DNA of 64,000 bases from positions 128,001 through 192,000 of the forward strand of contig JAYTOU010000060.1 of assembly GCA_043747615.1 (NCBI GenBank). Reading direction: 5' to 3'. The DNA is from Myxococcales bacterium. GTDB lineage: Bacteria; Myxococcota_A; Polyangia; Polyangiales; Polyangiaceae. The notes under the pieces were generated by a model. It did no database searches, was not told the DNA's origin, and saw only the letters and a list, made by a program, of their open reading frames with translations. The translations under genes were made by a program, and so were the position numbers. Shown one piece after another: positions 19,134 through 28,899 of this stretch; the stretch's first letter is position 1, and every line of letters begins with the position of its first letter.

Positions 19134-19163
19134 TTGACCGGGGCATGAAAACAACTATGTTTT
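19134..19163 (+). promoter_or_regulatory. Promoter/operator of the metal-dependent hydrolase gene
   Basis: TTGACC-16 bp-TATGTT overlapped by AAAACA-ACTA-TGTTTT; ATG 6 nt after the -10. Confidence 0.6.
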
Positions 19164-19167
19164 ATTG

Positions 19168-19983
19168 ATGAGCATCACGCCGCGCAAGCGCTCGTTTTCC
19201 TTTGGCCCCGAGATCCCGCGCCACTGGCTGGCGGGTAGTCCGTTCGCGACCCACCTCGTCAACGGTCTCAACCTCGTTTTTCCAGCAGGCGAGCGCTTCT
19301 TCATGCGGAGCGTCAAGCACTACGCCCACGTCATCGAGGGCGATGCCGTGCTCGCCGAAGAGGTGCGCGCCTTCCTCGCTCAAGAAGCCATCCACGCGCG
19401 TGAGCACGATCGCTTCATTCGCTTGTTGCAGGAGGAAGGCTTCGATCTCACGCGCTTCATGGCCTTCTACGAATGGGTGCTGCGCCGCGTGCTCGAACGC
19501 GCGAACCCGCCGAAGCTGAATTTAGCGGTTACCGTCGCGCTAGAGCACTTCACGGCCACGTTCGCGGAGCGCGCTCTCACGCGTCACACACTGCTGGAGG
19601 ATGCCCACCCGGTGATGCGAGATCTTCTGCTTTGGCACGCCGCAGAGGAGATCGAGCACAAGGCCGTCGCCTTCGATGTCCTCAAGAAAGTCGATCCCAG
19701 CTATGCGCTGCGGGTCGCGGGGCTGCTCTTTGCCAGCAGTAGCCTCCTCGCCTTCTGGTGGCTCGGGACCCTCACGCTTTTTCTGCAGGATCGGCAGGCC
19801 AAGATGGCGCTCCGGCCAGGCGGCGCCCAAGCCCGCATGGTCCGCGGCGATCTTCTCGGGCTCACGGCCGTCTTTGTAAGCTCTTTTGTCGACTACCTGC
19901 GCCCCGGATTCCATCCGCGGGATAGCAACAACCTTCCGCTCGCGGAGAGCTACCTTCGCGAAATGGCCGCTGCGGCGGCGTAG
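19168..19983 (+). CDS. Predicted metal-dependent hydrolase (ferritin-like PF10118 type)
   Basis: FPAGERFF, QEAIHAREH, ALEHFTA, WHAAEEIEHKAVAFD, YLRPGFHP. Confidence 0.88.
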   Translation: MSITPRKRSFSFGPEIPRHWLAGSPFATHLVNGLNLVFPAGERFFMRSVKHYAHVIEGDAVLAEEVRAFLAQEAIHAREHDRFIRLLQEEGFDLTRFMAFYEWVLRRVLERANPPKLNLAVTVALEHFTATFAERALTRHTLLEDAHPVMRDLLLWHAAEEIEHKAVAFDVLKKVDPSYALRVAGLLFASSSLLAFWWLGTLTLFLQDRQAKMALRPGGAQARMVRGDLLGLTAVFVSSFVDYLRPGFHPRDSNNLPLAESYLREMAAAAA

Positions 19984-19986
19984 GTT

Positions 19987-20208
19987 CTATTCTTCGGACA
20001 GCCAGACGCGCGCGCCACGCATGACGAAGGTACCGGACTCCTCCGTGCGGCCGTTGTCGTTGGCGTTGGCGTTGCCGTGGACGGTCTCCTCCCAGTCGAT
20101 GTCGATTTCGACCAGGGTCGCGCGGCCATCATACGACGGAGCGACCGCGAGCTTGGGCGCGGCTACGTCGGAGGAGCGGAACTCGAAGAGGTCAATGAGC
20201 GTTTGCAT
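19987..20208 (-). CDS. Small acidic hypothetical protein
   Basis: 73-aa ORF, convergent with the hydrolase, plausible codon use. Confidence 0.5.
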   Translation of the reverse strand: MQTLIDLFEFRSSDVAAPKLAVAPSYDGRATLVEIDIDWEETVHGNANANDNGRTEESGTFVMRGARVWLSEE

Positions 20209-20501
20209 GACTATAGCTAAGCAACCGCCGTACCGCCGGCTCGAACGAGGATACGCATGGGTTTCACCTGGTCCCGAGAGCCCAGACCGGGTCCTGTGTG
20301 ATCCACCGCTCGTCCCGGCGATCCGGAGCGGATGTCATCAAGAGGCCGTGGTCACTGGCCTTGGGGCCATCGGCGTGAGCGCTCTCGTAGATCTCCTGGC
20401 CGACCGAAGACGCAGAACGAGGTGCGCGCATTCCCGCCCCACCCGAGGCGGAGCTGGCCGAACGGCGCGCGCTCCTGGTTTCAGATAGGCTGGCCTCGAC
20501 C

Positions 20502-21128
20502 ATGGGGCGCGGCGACATTTACAAAAAGCCAGACCACTTCACGGACAAAGCCAAGAAGGCAGGTTTTCCGGCGAGGAGCGTCTTCAAGCTCGAAGAGATC
20601 GACCGGCGGGTGCGTCTCCTCAAGCCCGGTATGCGCGTGCTCGATCTCGGCGCGTCGCCCGGGAGCTGGGCTCTCTACGCGGCGCAGAAGATCGGCGCCG
20701 GCGGCAAGCTCCTGGCGATGGATCTAAACCCGCTCAACACGACGCTCCCACCACAGGCTACATTCATCCAAGGCAATGCTCTCACGATCGAGAACGCGGA
20801 CTTGGCGCGGTTTGCGCCGTACGACGTTGTGCTCAGCGACATGGCGCCGAACACCACCGGCAATCGGCTAGGTGATCAGACGCGAAGCTTCGAGCTGTTC
20901 ATGCGCGCGCTCGAAGTTGCGAGTACGCTGTGCAAGCCGGGTGGCGCTTTCGTGGGAAAAATTTTCATGGGAGAGGATCTTCCCCTCGCCCGTGCAGAGC
21001 TCCGGAAGCATTTCGAGACTGAGCGGTTGATACGGCCGGAGGGGACGCGAAGCGTGAGCTACGAGCTCTTCATCATCGGGCAAGGACGCAACGCCGGCGC
21101 CCCCGCCACGCGCGTCGAACCGATCTAA
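20502..21128 (+). CDS. rlmE: 23S rRNA Um2552 methyltransferase RlmE/FtsJ
   Basis: AKKAGFPARSVFKLEEID, VLDLGASPGSW, VLSDMAPNTTG, K-D-K-E tetrad. Confidence 0.93.
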   Translation: MGRGDIYKKPDHFTDKAKKAGFPARSVFKLEEIDRRVRLLKPGMRVLDLGASPGSWALYAAQKIGAGGKLLAMDLNPLNTTLPPQATFIQGNALTIENADLARFAPYDVVLSDMAPNTTGNRLGDQTRSFELFMRALEVASTLCKPGGAFVGKIFMGEDLPLARAELRKHFETERLIRPEGTRSVSYELFIIGQGRNAGAPATRVEPI

Positions 21129-24100
21129 TGGTAATGTCGTCCGCCACCGACGGGCTCGTAGCTGGGCGCTTCACCATCGAACGCGAGGTCGGCCGTGGCG
21201 GCGTGGGCATCGTGTACCGCGCGCTCGATCAGGTGAGCGGGCAGGCTGTAGCCCTCAAAGTGATCGCCATCCCGGGCGTCGATGCAGGCGAAGAAGCGCG
21301 CTTCAATCGCGAAGGCCGCGTGCTAGCAGGGCTGGTTCACCCGGGAATCGTGCGCCTGGTGGCCTTTGGCACACTCGAAGAAGGGGGCGCGCCCTACGTG
21401 GCGATGGAGTGGATCGAAGGCGAGGACATCGCCCAGCGCATGCGACGAAAAGCGCTCGGCGTGACGCAGTGCTTGGAAGTGGCCGCCCAGATCGCCGACG
21501 CCCTCTCCGCCGCGCACGCCGCCGGAATCATTCATCGCGACGTGAAGCCGTCGAACGTGATCCTCGTCTCGACCGAAGGTCAGCCAATCAGCTCGAAGCT
21601 CGTCGACTTCGGCGTGGCCTCGGCAGAAGACGCGAAGCTCACGCGTACCGGCGCCATCGTCGGAACGCCCGCCTATATGGCTCCTGAACAAGCGCGCGGC
21701 GAAGGCGCTACCGAAGCGCGTGCCGATCTCTACGCCCTCGGGGCCACGCTCTTCGAGATGCTCTCCGGCCGCCCGCCGCACGTCGGACCGACGGCGATCG
21801 CCATTCTCGCGCGTCTGGTGACGACGCCCGCGCCACGCCTGTCTGACGTGATGGCCAACGTGCCGCCTCCGCTCGACGATCTCATGAACGAGCTCTTGTC
21901 GACGTCTCCTTCAGACCGGCCCGCGTCAGCGGCGATCGTTGCCACGCGCCTACGGCTCATCGCGCTCGACCTGAAGGTGGCTGGGGATTTGTTTGCCCCG
22001 AGCCTGAACGACACGGGGTCGTCGGAAAGCGTGCCTCCTCTGAGTGGGGTGTCCGTGCCTTCGGTCGGAGGGTCGCGTCTCGTCACTTCCATTCTCGCGA
22101 CCCATGTTCCCAAGGGCCCGCCTCGAGCGCGTCTGTTGGCTCATTTGCGGGCACGCGGCGCCGAAGCAACCGAGCTCGGCGGAGACGCGATCGTGGCCCA
22201 TCTCGGCGCGAGAAAAGCCTTGGGCGACGAAGCCCCGCGGGCGATCGATCTGGCGATGCGTCTCGCGCGAACCAACGCTGCCGTCGGAGTGGCGACGGGT
22301 CGCACGCGCATGGATCGCACCCGCCCGAGCGGCGAAGTCGTCGACCGAGCGGCGGCCATGGCGCGCGACGCCCAGCGTGGTCAAGTGCTCGCCGACACGA
22401 CGACCACCGAGCTTGCGCGTGGTCGCTACGATTTTCAGGTGCGTGAAGATGGCTCCGCGCTTGTCGGGGCCGAGCATGGTCGCCGAGAAGCGGTCGGCGG
22501 CGCACCCTTCGTCGGTCGCGAGGCCGAGCTCGCCCAGCTCGTGGGTGCGTTCGAGCGTTGCACCGAAGATCGCACGCCGGTGATCGCCACGCTCACGGGT
22601 GCGCCGGGCATCGGTAAAACACGCCTTCGCAGAGAGACGCTCCTCCGCGTAAGCTCGCACGCTGCAGCTCCGCGCGTCGTCCTCGTGCGATGCGAGACCT
22701 TCGGCAAGAGCCATACGCTCGGCGTGGCCGCCGATGTGGCCCGAGGCCTCTGCGGCATCGGAAAAGGCGCGACGAAAGTCGACGCCCTTCTCGCAACGGA
22801 GGCTCTTCGTGATGCCGGAGCCGCGCTCGCCGACGACGCGCGTGAGCTCGTGGCCCGCCTGATGGCGAACGAGCCCCTTCCGGAGCGCGCAGATGCGCGG
22901 GCCGCACGCGACGCGCTGTGGATGGCGCTCACCGAGATCGGGCTGAGCGTTTCTCGCCGCGGCCCCCTCGTGGTCGGCATCGAAGATTCGCAGTGGGCCG
23001 ACGCCGAGAGCCTTTCGTGGGTGGACCACTTCCTCGGGCGCGCGGCGGGTCAGCCGCTCTGGGTGATGGCGACGGCGAGGCCCGGCTTGTGGCGCGATGA
23101 TCCGGATCGTTTCTCGGGGCGCGATCTCGTGCGGGTGGAGCTTCGCCCCCTCTCGCGCAAAAATGTGCGAATCATCGCGAAGGCCATGCTCGGCGAGCGT
23201 GCTGCAGGAGCAGCAGGAGAAGCGCTGGCCGAGTCGATCGCCGGGCAATCCGCGGGCTCGCCGCTCTTTGCCGAGGAGCTGGCGAGGCTCGCCGCGCAAG
23301 GTCGAGATGCGACGTCCGCACCGACGATCGAAGCGGCCATGCAGGTGCATCTCGATGCGCTCGATGACGGCGCGCGCGCCGCGGCCGCGAAGCTCTCGGT
23401 TTTCGGGCTCATGGGCTGGGACAGCGGGCTCGCTGCGATCGGCGGATTTTCTCCCGACGAAGCGGTGGACACCCTCCGCACCCTCGCTGCCGCCGACGTC
23501 ATTCACGAGCAAGCGGTGTCGCGTTTCAAGGACACGCGCGAGTGGGCGTTCAAGCATGCCCTGATGCGCGAGGTGGCCTACGCCTCGCTCGGCGACGAGG
23601 CCCTCAAGAAGAGCCACGCATTGGCCGGCGCATGGCTTGCGAAGATGGGCGAGGACGACGCAACCGTCGCGCGGCATCTCGAGCTCGGCGGCGAGAGCAT
23701 CGTTGCCGCGGGCTATTTGGAAAAAGCTGCACGAAGGGCTATCGCCGCCCACGCTCTCAGCGACGCTGTGTCCATGGCCGAGCGCGCTCTCGCGTTTGCC
23801 GAGGACAAGCCCACGGCCTTCTCTCGCGCACAGCTCCTCGACGAAGCGTGGAGCCGTCAAGATGCGCGGGCCGGCGAACGCGACACCGCAGTCAGGGCGA
23901 TGGAAGAGTCGATCTACGACGTGGCGAGCGAAGTGCGTGCGCGGGGTGCGCGGCTCCGTTACGAGGACGCGTGCGGCGGTGAGGCGGAGACGAGCAACAG
24001 CCTCGAGAAAGTTCGCCGCGAAGCGCAGGCGGCCGGCCTGGCCGACGAAGAAGCTCGTTGCGCGGCGACGCTTGCCGCACGCTACGCGTTCGCGGGGCAG

Positions 24101-25066
24101 CTCGATGCCGCGGCAGAGGTCGCCGATCGTTTGCTGTCGATCGCGCACGACCACGGAATTGCGGGCGCCGCGGTGGACGCGTGGCAGACGCTCGCCGTCG
24201 TCCGGCAGGCACGCGGAGACGTAGGCGCGGCCCTCGAAGCAAGGCGATCGGCTGCGCGCACGGCGAGCGAAGCAGGCCTGAAAACGCGGGAATCGACGCT
24301 CACCATCAACGTGGGCTTCGCGCTCACTACCGTGGGCGCGCGCGCCGAAGCACGGATGGCGATCGAAGCGGGGATCGCGGTTGCCCAAGCCATCGGGTCT
24401 CCCGGCACCATTCGCCACGGCCAGATGAACTTGCTCTGCTGGACGGCAACCTTCGGCCGCGATCCGGCGCTCGACAAGCTCCTCGAAGACCCGCGCGCCA
24501 TCGCCGACGCCGCAATTTCTGGGAGCTGGGTACCCCACGATCGCGCCACCCTGGGCGTGCTCTTTTACCGCGGGCTCGAGCTCATGCGGAGCGAAACGGC
24601 GACAATCGCCAATTTGGAAGCGGCGCGCACGCTGCTCCGTACGGCAGCCCAGGGTTACCAGGCGACGAAGATGCTCGACGTCGTGCCCGTCGCGCTCGGT
24701 CAGGTCGCGGAATCCGAGCGCAAATGCGGGAACGCCGAGCGCGCCCGGGAGCTCGCGCGCGAAGCGGCCGCCCTCCTCGATGAAGGCTCTCCAAGCCTCT
24801 TGAACGAAGCTCCCGTGTTTCTCGCGCTCCACGATGCGTGCGTCGATCTAGGAGACGCCGCCGAAGCGCGCGAAGCAATCGCCCGAGGAATTCCCCGCCT
24901 GGTGACGCGGCTCCTCGGTCTATCGGCCACGCCGTACGCTCTGAACTTTTTGCAGGAGCTCGCGCCGAACGCCGGCCTCGTCGCCGCCGCCATGCGGTAC
25001 GGGCTCGTCCCTCCGGAAATACAGAACGTCCTCGACTTGCAACCGGACACCCAGCGCACCGCCTAG
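21128..25066 (+). CDS. Ser/Thr protein kinase with degenerate cyclase-like domain, AAA/STAND ATPase and TPR-like region
   Basis: GRGGVG, VALK, HRDVKPSN, DFG, GTPAYMAPEQ; FVGREAEL, GAPGIGKT, IEDSQWAD, FKHALMREVAY. Confidence 0.92.
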   Translation: MVMSSATDGLVAGRFTIEREVGRGGVGIVYRALDQVSGQAVALKVIAIPGVDAGEEARFNREGRVLAGLVHPGIVRLVAFGTLEEGGAPYVAMEWIEGEDIAQRMRRKALGVTQCLEVAAQIADALSAAHAAGIIHRDVKPSNVILVSTEGQPISSKLVDFGVASAEDAKLTRTGAIVGTPAYMAPEQARGEGATEARADLYALGATLFEMLSGRPPHVGPTAIAILARLVTTPAPRLSDVMANVPPPLDDLMNELLSTSPSDRPASAAIVATRLRLIALDLKVAGDLFAPSLNDTGSSESVPPLSGVSVPSVGGSRLVTSILATHVPKGPPRARLLAHLRARGAEATELGGDAIVAHLGARKALGDEAPRAIDLAMRLARTNAAVGVATGRTRMDRTRPSGEVVDRAAAMARDAQRGQVLADTTTTELARGRYDFQVREDGSALVGAEHGRREAVGGAPFVGREAELAQLVGAFERCTEDRTPVIATLTGAPGIGKTRLRRETLLRVSSHAAAPRVVLVRCETFGKSHTLGVAADVARGLCGIGKGATKVDALLATEALRDAGAALADDARELVARLMANEPLPERADARAARDALWMALTEIGLSVSRRGPLVVGIEDSQWADAESLSWVDHFLGRAAGQPLWVMATARPGLWRDDPDRFSGRDLVRVELRPLSRKNVRIIAKAMLGERAAGAAGEALAESIAGQSAGSPLFAEELARLAAQGRDATSAPTIEAAMQVHLDALDDGARAAAAKLSVFGLMGWDSGLAAIGGFSPDEAVDTLRTLAAADVIHEQAVSRFKDTREWAFKHALMREVAYASLGDEALKKSHALAGAWLAKMGEDDATVARHLELGGESIVAAGYLEKAARRAIAAHALSDAVSMAERALAFAEDKPTAFSRAQLLDEAWSRQDARAGERDTAVRAMEESIYDVASEVRARGARLRYEDACGGEAETSNSLEKVRREAQAAGLADEEARCAATLAARYAFAGQLDAAAEVADRLLSIAHDHGIAGAAVDAWQTLAVVRQARGDVGAALEARRSAARTASEAGLKTRESTLTINVGFALTTVGARAEARMAIEAGIAVAQAIGSPGTIRHGQMNLLCWTATFGRDPALDKLLEDPRAIADAAISGSWVPHDRATLGVLFYRGLELMRSETATIANLEAARTLLRTAAQGYQATKMLDVVPVALGQVAESERKCGNAERARELAREAAALLDEGSPSLLNEAPVFLALHDACVDLGDAAEAREAIARGIPRLVTRLLGLSATPYALNFLQELAPNAGLVAAAMRYGLVPPEIQNVLDLQPDTQRTA

Positions 25067-25084
25067 GAAGCGGCGGGGGCCCTT

Positions 25085-26257
25085 CTAGCCGGGGCCGCGG
25101 GTGACGCCGGTGATGACGTCGAGAAGGCTCTGGGCGCTTTTTTCCCAGGAGCCAGGGCCGCAGGCTGCGACATCCCGCGGGTCCCACGGGCGATCGAGCG
25201 CGTCGAGCAACGCCGCACCGAGGGCCGCAGGATCTCTCGCGGGAACGAGAATGCCGCTCTTGGGATTCGACAGAACATCTGGAATTCCGCCGACACGCGT
25301 GGCCACGGCGGGCCGTCCGCTGGCGAGGGCCTCGAGGACGACGTTCGGCGTTCCTTCGTTCCAGCTCGGCAGAGTGAACACGTTGCACGCTGCTAGCCAG
25401 GTGGCGATCTCCGTCAGCGGACGGGCGCCCGGAGCGAGAAGTGCGCCTCCCGAGGCTTCCACCGCCGTTCGAACGCGGTCGCGCATGACTCCATCGCCGA
25501 GAAGAGCCAGCATCGCGTCCGGCCGTGCGCGGCGGGCGTGCTCGAACGCAACGAGCAGCTCCTCCAGTCCTTTCTGCGGTTCCAGCCGGCCGCAAAAAAC
25601 GACGAGCGGGCGACCGAGAGCAACGCCGAGCTCTTTTCGAGCGGCTTCACGATCCCTCGGGAAAAATAGCTTGGTATCGACACCGTTGCGCACCAGATGG
25701 ATGCGCGAAGCGGGCACATCGAGCGCTTCTAGCTCCTTCCCGAGCGGGCGCGACACCGCCACCATAGCGTTCGCCATAGGCAAGATGCGCCGCATCACTG
25801 CCCGCGCGCTACGCACCTTGGCGAGCACGTTCACGTCCGACCCGTGCACCTTGATCACGCTCGGCTTGCCGAGAGCGCGCGCAAAAAGGGTAGTTGCGCA
25901 ACCATCGGGGTAACCCCAAGCCCCCAAAATCACGTCGAAGCGGGCGGCGAGCGCGCGGAATGGCGCGAGCGACGCGAGGTAAAGCGGCACCCCCACCGGC
26001 GTTCCGACTTTCGGAAGATAGAGTTGCCGCATGTAAAACGTCTCTATCCCCGCCACCATTTCGCGCTGTGGCAGCGCCGTCAGCTTGGCGGCGCGCGGGG
26101 GCTGGCCGGTGAGCCCAGAGAGCGGAAAATAAGGGATCGCCTCGAGCACGGAGAGATCGCACAGGTTGGCGAGAGCGCCGAATTGCTGCCGATTGAAGGG
26201 CGAGCTGAGCGGCTCGAGGCTGTTCGGAAATATTTTGGTAATAGCGAGAACGCGCAT
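25085..26257 (-). CDS. GT4 glycosyltransferase (TuaC-like)
   Basis: VHGSDVN, NGVD, PSWNEGTPNVVLEALASGRPAVATRVGGIPD. Confidence 0.9.
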   Translation of the reverse strand: MRVLAITKIFPNSLEPLSSPFNRQQFGALANLCDLSVLEAIPYFPLSGLTGQPPRAAKLTALPQREMVAGIETFYMRQLYLPKVGTPVGVPLYLASLAPFRALAARFDVILGAWGYPDGCATTLFARALGKPSVIKVHGSDVNVLAKVRSARAVMRRILPMANAMVAVSRPLGKELEALDVPASRIHLVRNGVDTKLFFPRDREAARKELGVALGRPLVVFCGRLEPQKGLEELLVAFEHARRARPDAMLALLGDGVMRDRVRTAVEASGGALLAPGARPLTEIATWLAACNVFTLPSWNEGTPNVVLEALASGRPAVATRVGGIPDVLSNPKSGILVPARDPAALGAALLDALDRPWDPRDVAACGPGSWEKSAQSLLDVITGVTRGPG

Positions 26258-26307
26258 GACTCAGTTAGGGGTAAGGACGTTACTAGGGTCTCCCGAAGGT
26301 CGACCAG

Positions 26308-27411
26308 ATGCGGATCGTTCATGTGGTGCAAACACTGGGAATGGGTGGCCAAGAGCGCCTGATTCTGAACCTATCGCGCGAGCTCGTTCGGCGCGGGCAT
26401 GAGGTTTCGGTTTTGTCGCTTACCCCGGGGGGCGAGATCCGGCCCGAGTTCGCGCCCATCCCTGTTCACGACGTGACGCGCAAGGCGGGCTTCGATGCCC
26501 TGATCTTCGGGCGCATGGCGCGCACCCTGAACGAGATCGCTCCAGACGCGGTCCACACTCACAATCCATCTCCGATGTTCTACGCGGTGCCGGCGTCGCG
26601 CGCGCTCCGGATAAAAAGCAACGTCCACACCAAGCATGGCGCGAATATCTACGGGCGAAAATCCCTGCGCGCGGTGCGAATCCTCGTGCGGACGCTCAGC
26701 GCATTCGTGTGCGTCTCGGAAGGCACGGCCGAGGTCGCGCGGGAAAAGGAGCACGTCCCCGAGAAGCTCCTCCACGTCATTCCCAACGGCATTCCGCTCG
26801 TCGATTTCAACCCGAACGCGGAGACGCGGGCCCGGCTGCGAAGAGAGCTGACCATCCCCGAAAACGCGTTCGTGGTGGGATCCGTGGGGCGCCTCGCGCC
26901 GGAGAAGGACTACCCGCTTCTCGTCAAGGCGATGACCCCGCTCCTCGGGGAGAACGTGCGTCTCGTGCTCGTGGGAGACGGCGCGTCGCGAAAAGAGATC
27001 GAGGCATCCATCCCGCAGAGCCTTCGGCCGTTCGTGACGCTCACCGGATCGCGGCGGGACGTCGGAGACTTGCTGACGACCTTCGACGTCTTCGCCCTCA
27101 CCTCGAAGAGCGAAGGCCTTCCTCTCGTCATCCCCGAAGCGATGGCGACCAAGCTGCCCATCGTGGCGACGGCGGTGGGCGGGCTCCCAAGCATCGTTCC
27201 CGTTGAGCTTGGGACGCTTGCGCCCCACGGAGACGACGCCGGACTGACGCGCGCCCTCCGCGCGCTCCACGAAGACGAGCCACGCCGGAAACGGATGGGC
27301 GAGGCGGCGCATCGATACGCCCACGAGCGTTTCTCGCTCGAGAAGATGACGGACGCCTACGAAGCACTCTATCGCCAAGCTCCGGCCGCGGCGCGCGCAG
27401 TCAAGCGCTGA
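26308..27411 (+). CDS. GT4 glycosyltransferase
   Basis: GGQER, IPNGI, SVGRLAPEKDY, SKSEGLPLVIPEAMA. Confidence 0.92.
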   Translation: MRIVHVVQTLGMGGQERLILNLSRELVRRGHEVSVLSLTPGGEIRPEFAPIPVHDVTRKAGFDALIFGRMARTLNEIAPDAVHTHNPSPMFYAVPASRALRIKSNVHTKHGANIYGRKSLRAVRILVRTLSAFVCVSEGTAEVAREKEHVPEKLLHVIPNGIPLVDFNPNAETRARLRRELTIPENAFVVGSVGRLAPEKDYPLLVKAMTPLLGENVRLVLVGDGASRKEIEASIPQSLRPFVTLTGSRRDVGDLLTTFDVFALTSKSEGLPLVIPEAMATKLPIVATAVGGLPSIVPVELGTLAPHGDDAGLTRALRALHEDEPRRKRMGEAAHRYAHERFSLEKMTDAYEALYRQAPAAARAVKR

Positions 27412-27426
27412 GCCGTCGAGCGATTC

Positions 27427-28743
27427 ATGTTCCCCCTTCATCTCCTCCCCGTCACCGACGTTTCGGGCACCGTCGCGATCGTCGAGGGATTGAATGACAA
27501 CGTCGTCCAGACCCAGGACTCACCCACGGTGCGTACACGGCACCCTGCGCTCTTCACCGGGCTCGAGACGGGCGTCACCTTTCGGCTGACCGAACCGAAT
27601 CTGGACACGCACGGCCTGCGTCTGCGCCTACGCACCCAATTTTACGAGCCGCTCGACAACTACCCGGAGAGTCCGGACGGAACGGTCTCCGCGTCGTACG
27701 CGAGCATCGTGGCTCTTGGTAAGCACACGAACATGGTGGTGTCGGCGTCGAGCACGCTTAGCCGGGTGACCTCGGCGCGCGTATCAGACGGGACCCTGCT
27801 TTTTCAAATCGATCCCGCCTCGACGGCGACGACCTTCACGTTGAGCCAGTTCTCGTTGTCGATCGGTCAAGACCTCTCGAAGCGGTGGAAATTTCGGCAG
27901 AGCGTGGGCCTCCTCCTCACGACGACGGTGCAAGCGCCCCCCTTCGCTCTCGCCGACGGGCTCGAGCTCGATCGCCGAGGCATCGACGGAGTTCAGCCAA
28001 ACACGACGTCGACCTTGCTTCACGAGCTCGGGCCGCGTGACACCGGCGACATCTCAGTGACCTACCGCTTCATGTACTCGCCCTACACGCTCGACTACAC
28101 GACGAACCCGCCGCACGCCGGCGGCCCGCAGCGAATCCACCAGGTTCTCCCGGACGTCGGGCTCACCCACCTCCTCAGCACGCAGCTGTCGTCGCTCACC
28201 CGGGCCGGAGTGAGCATCGCCAATGCGCCCGCGCAAGACGTGAGCAAGGGGATCATCATCTTGCCGGTGGCCTCCGAAGATCTTCGCTACACCGCCGATC
28301 GCTGGGGCTTCAATGCGCAGGCCGGGTTCTCCTATGGAGCGCTGTCGCCGCGTCTCGGCGCAGGCCCGACGGTGAGCGGGGCCGGCACGCTGTACGGCGT
28401 TCCGTGGACGAATGGGCAATTGAAGCGGCTCATGTTGCTCGGCGTCGTGTCTGCCAATCACTCTCAGCTCCAGTCGGGCATCTCGAACACGGGCGGCGCG
28501 CCGAACTCGACGACCTACCTGAACGTCGCCGGGGCCTCGCTCGAAGCCCGCTACGCCGTCAGTCGGACCATCGGCATCCTCGGCGGCTACGACGTGCGCT
28601 ACTCGACCATTGGATCGACCGGCGGAGTGACGACTCCGTTCGTCCGGCAGATCGTGTTCATCGGCATTTCGGGGTACTGGTCGACAGACCAGGTGCAGCT
28701 CCCAGCGCTCGAGCAATTGAACGCGCCGTTCCGCCCGGGCTGA
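27427..28743 (+). CDS. Putative outer-membrane beta-barrel (polysaccharide export porin candidate)
   Basis: Ser/Thr/aromatic-rich alternating strands throughout; NDNV near the N-terminus; located in a polysaccharide locus. No clear signal peptide. Confidence 0.55.
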   Translation: MFPLHLLPVTDVSGTVAIVEGLNDNVVQTQDSPTVRTRHPALFTGLETGVTFRLTEPNLDTHGLRLRLRTQFYEPLDNYPESPDGTVSASYASIVALGKHTNMVVSASSTLSRVTSARVSDGTLLFQIDPASTATTFTLSQFSLSIGQDLSKRWKFRQSVGLLLTTTVQAPPFALADGLELDRRGIDGVQPNTTSTLLHELGPRDTGDISVTYRFMYSPYTLDYTTNPPHAGGPQRIHQVLPDVGLTHLLSTQLSSLTRAGVSIANAPAQDVSKGIIILPVASEDLRYTADRWGFNAQAGFSYGALSPRLGAGPTVSGAGTLYGVPWTNGQLKRLMLLGVVSANHSQLQSGISNTGGAPNSTTYLNVAGASLEARYAVSRTIGILGGYDVRYSTIGSTGGVTTPFVRQIVFIGISGYWSTDQVQLPALEQLNAPFRPG

Positions 28744-28870
28744 TCGTCGCCGTCCTCGTGTGCGCCGCGGCTGGTCTTGGGCTGGTCTTGGGCTGACGGC
28801 GTGATCATGTTTACCCCGGGTCGGAAAGTTCACGATCGCGCGCGATTGGCAGAAAAGCCCGAGGAAATCG

Positions 28871-28887
28871 CGGGAATGCCCCTTGCA
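28871..28887 (+). promoter_or_regulatory. Possible sigma54 promoter
   Basis: CGGGAATGCCCCTTGCA (GG-N10-GC); predicted +1 near 28898, ATG at 28900. Confidence 0.4.
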
Positions 28888-28899
28888 AAAGTGACGGCA

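Noticed and set aside
21950..24832. 960-aa minus-strand ORF
   Set aside because: Antisense shadow of the kinase gene, as is typical of high-GC codon bias; no motifs
27409..27429. Possible TGA read-through fusing the GT4 to the barrel gene
   Set aside because: Same-frame adjacency occurs one time in three by chance; no SECIS-like signal was recognised, and a cytoplasmic GT fused to a barrel is implausible
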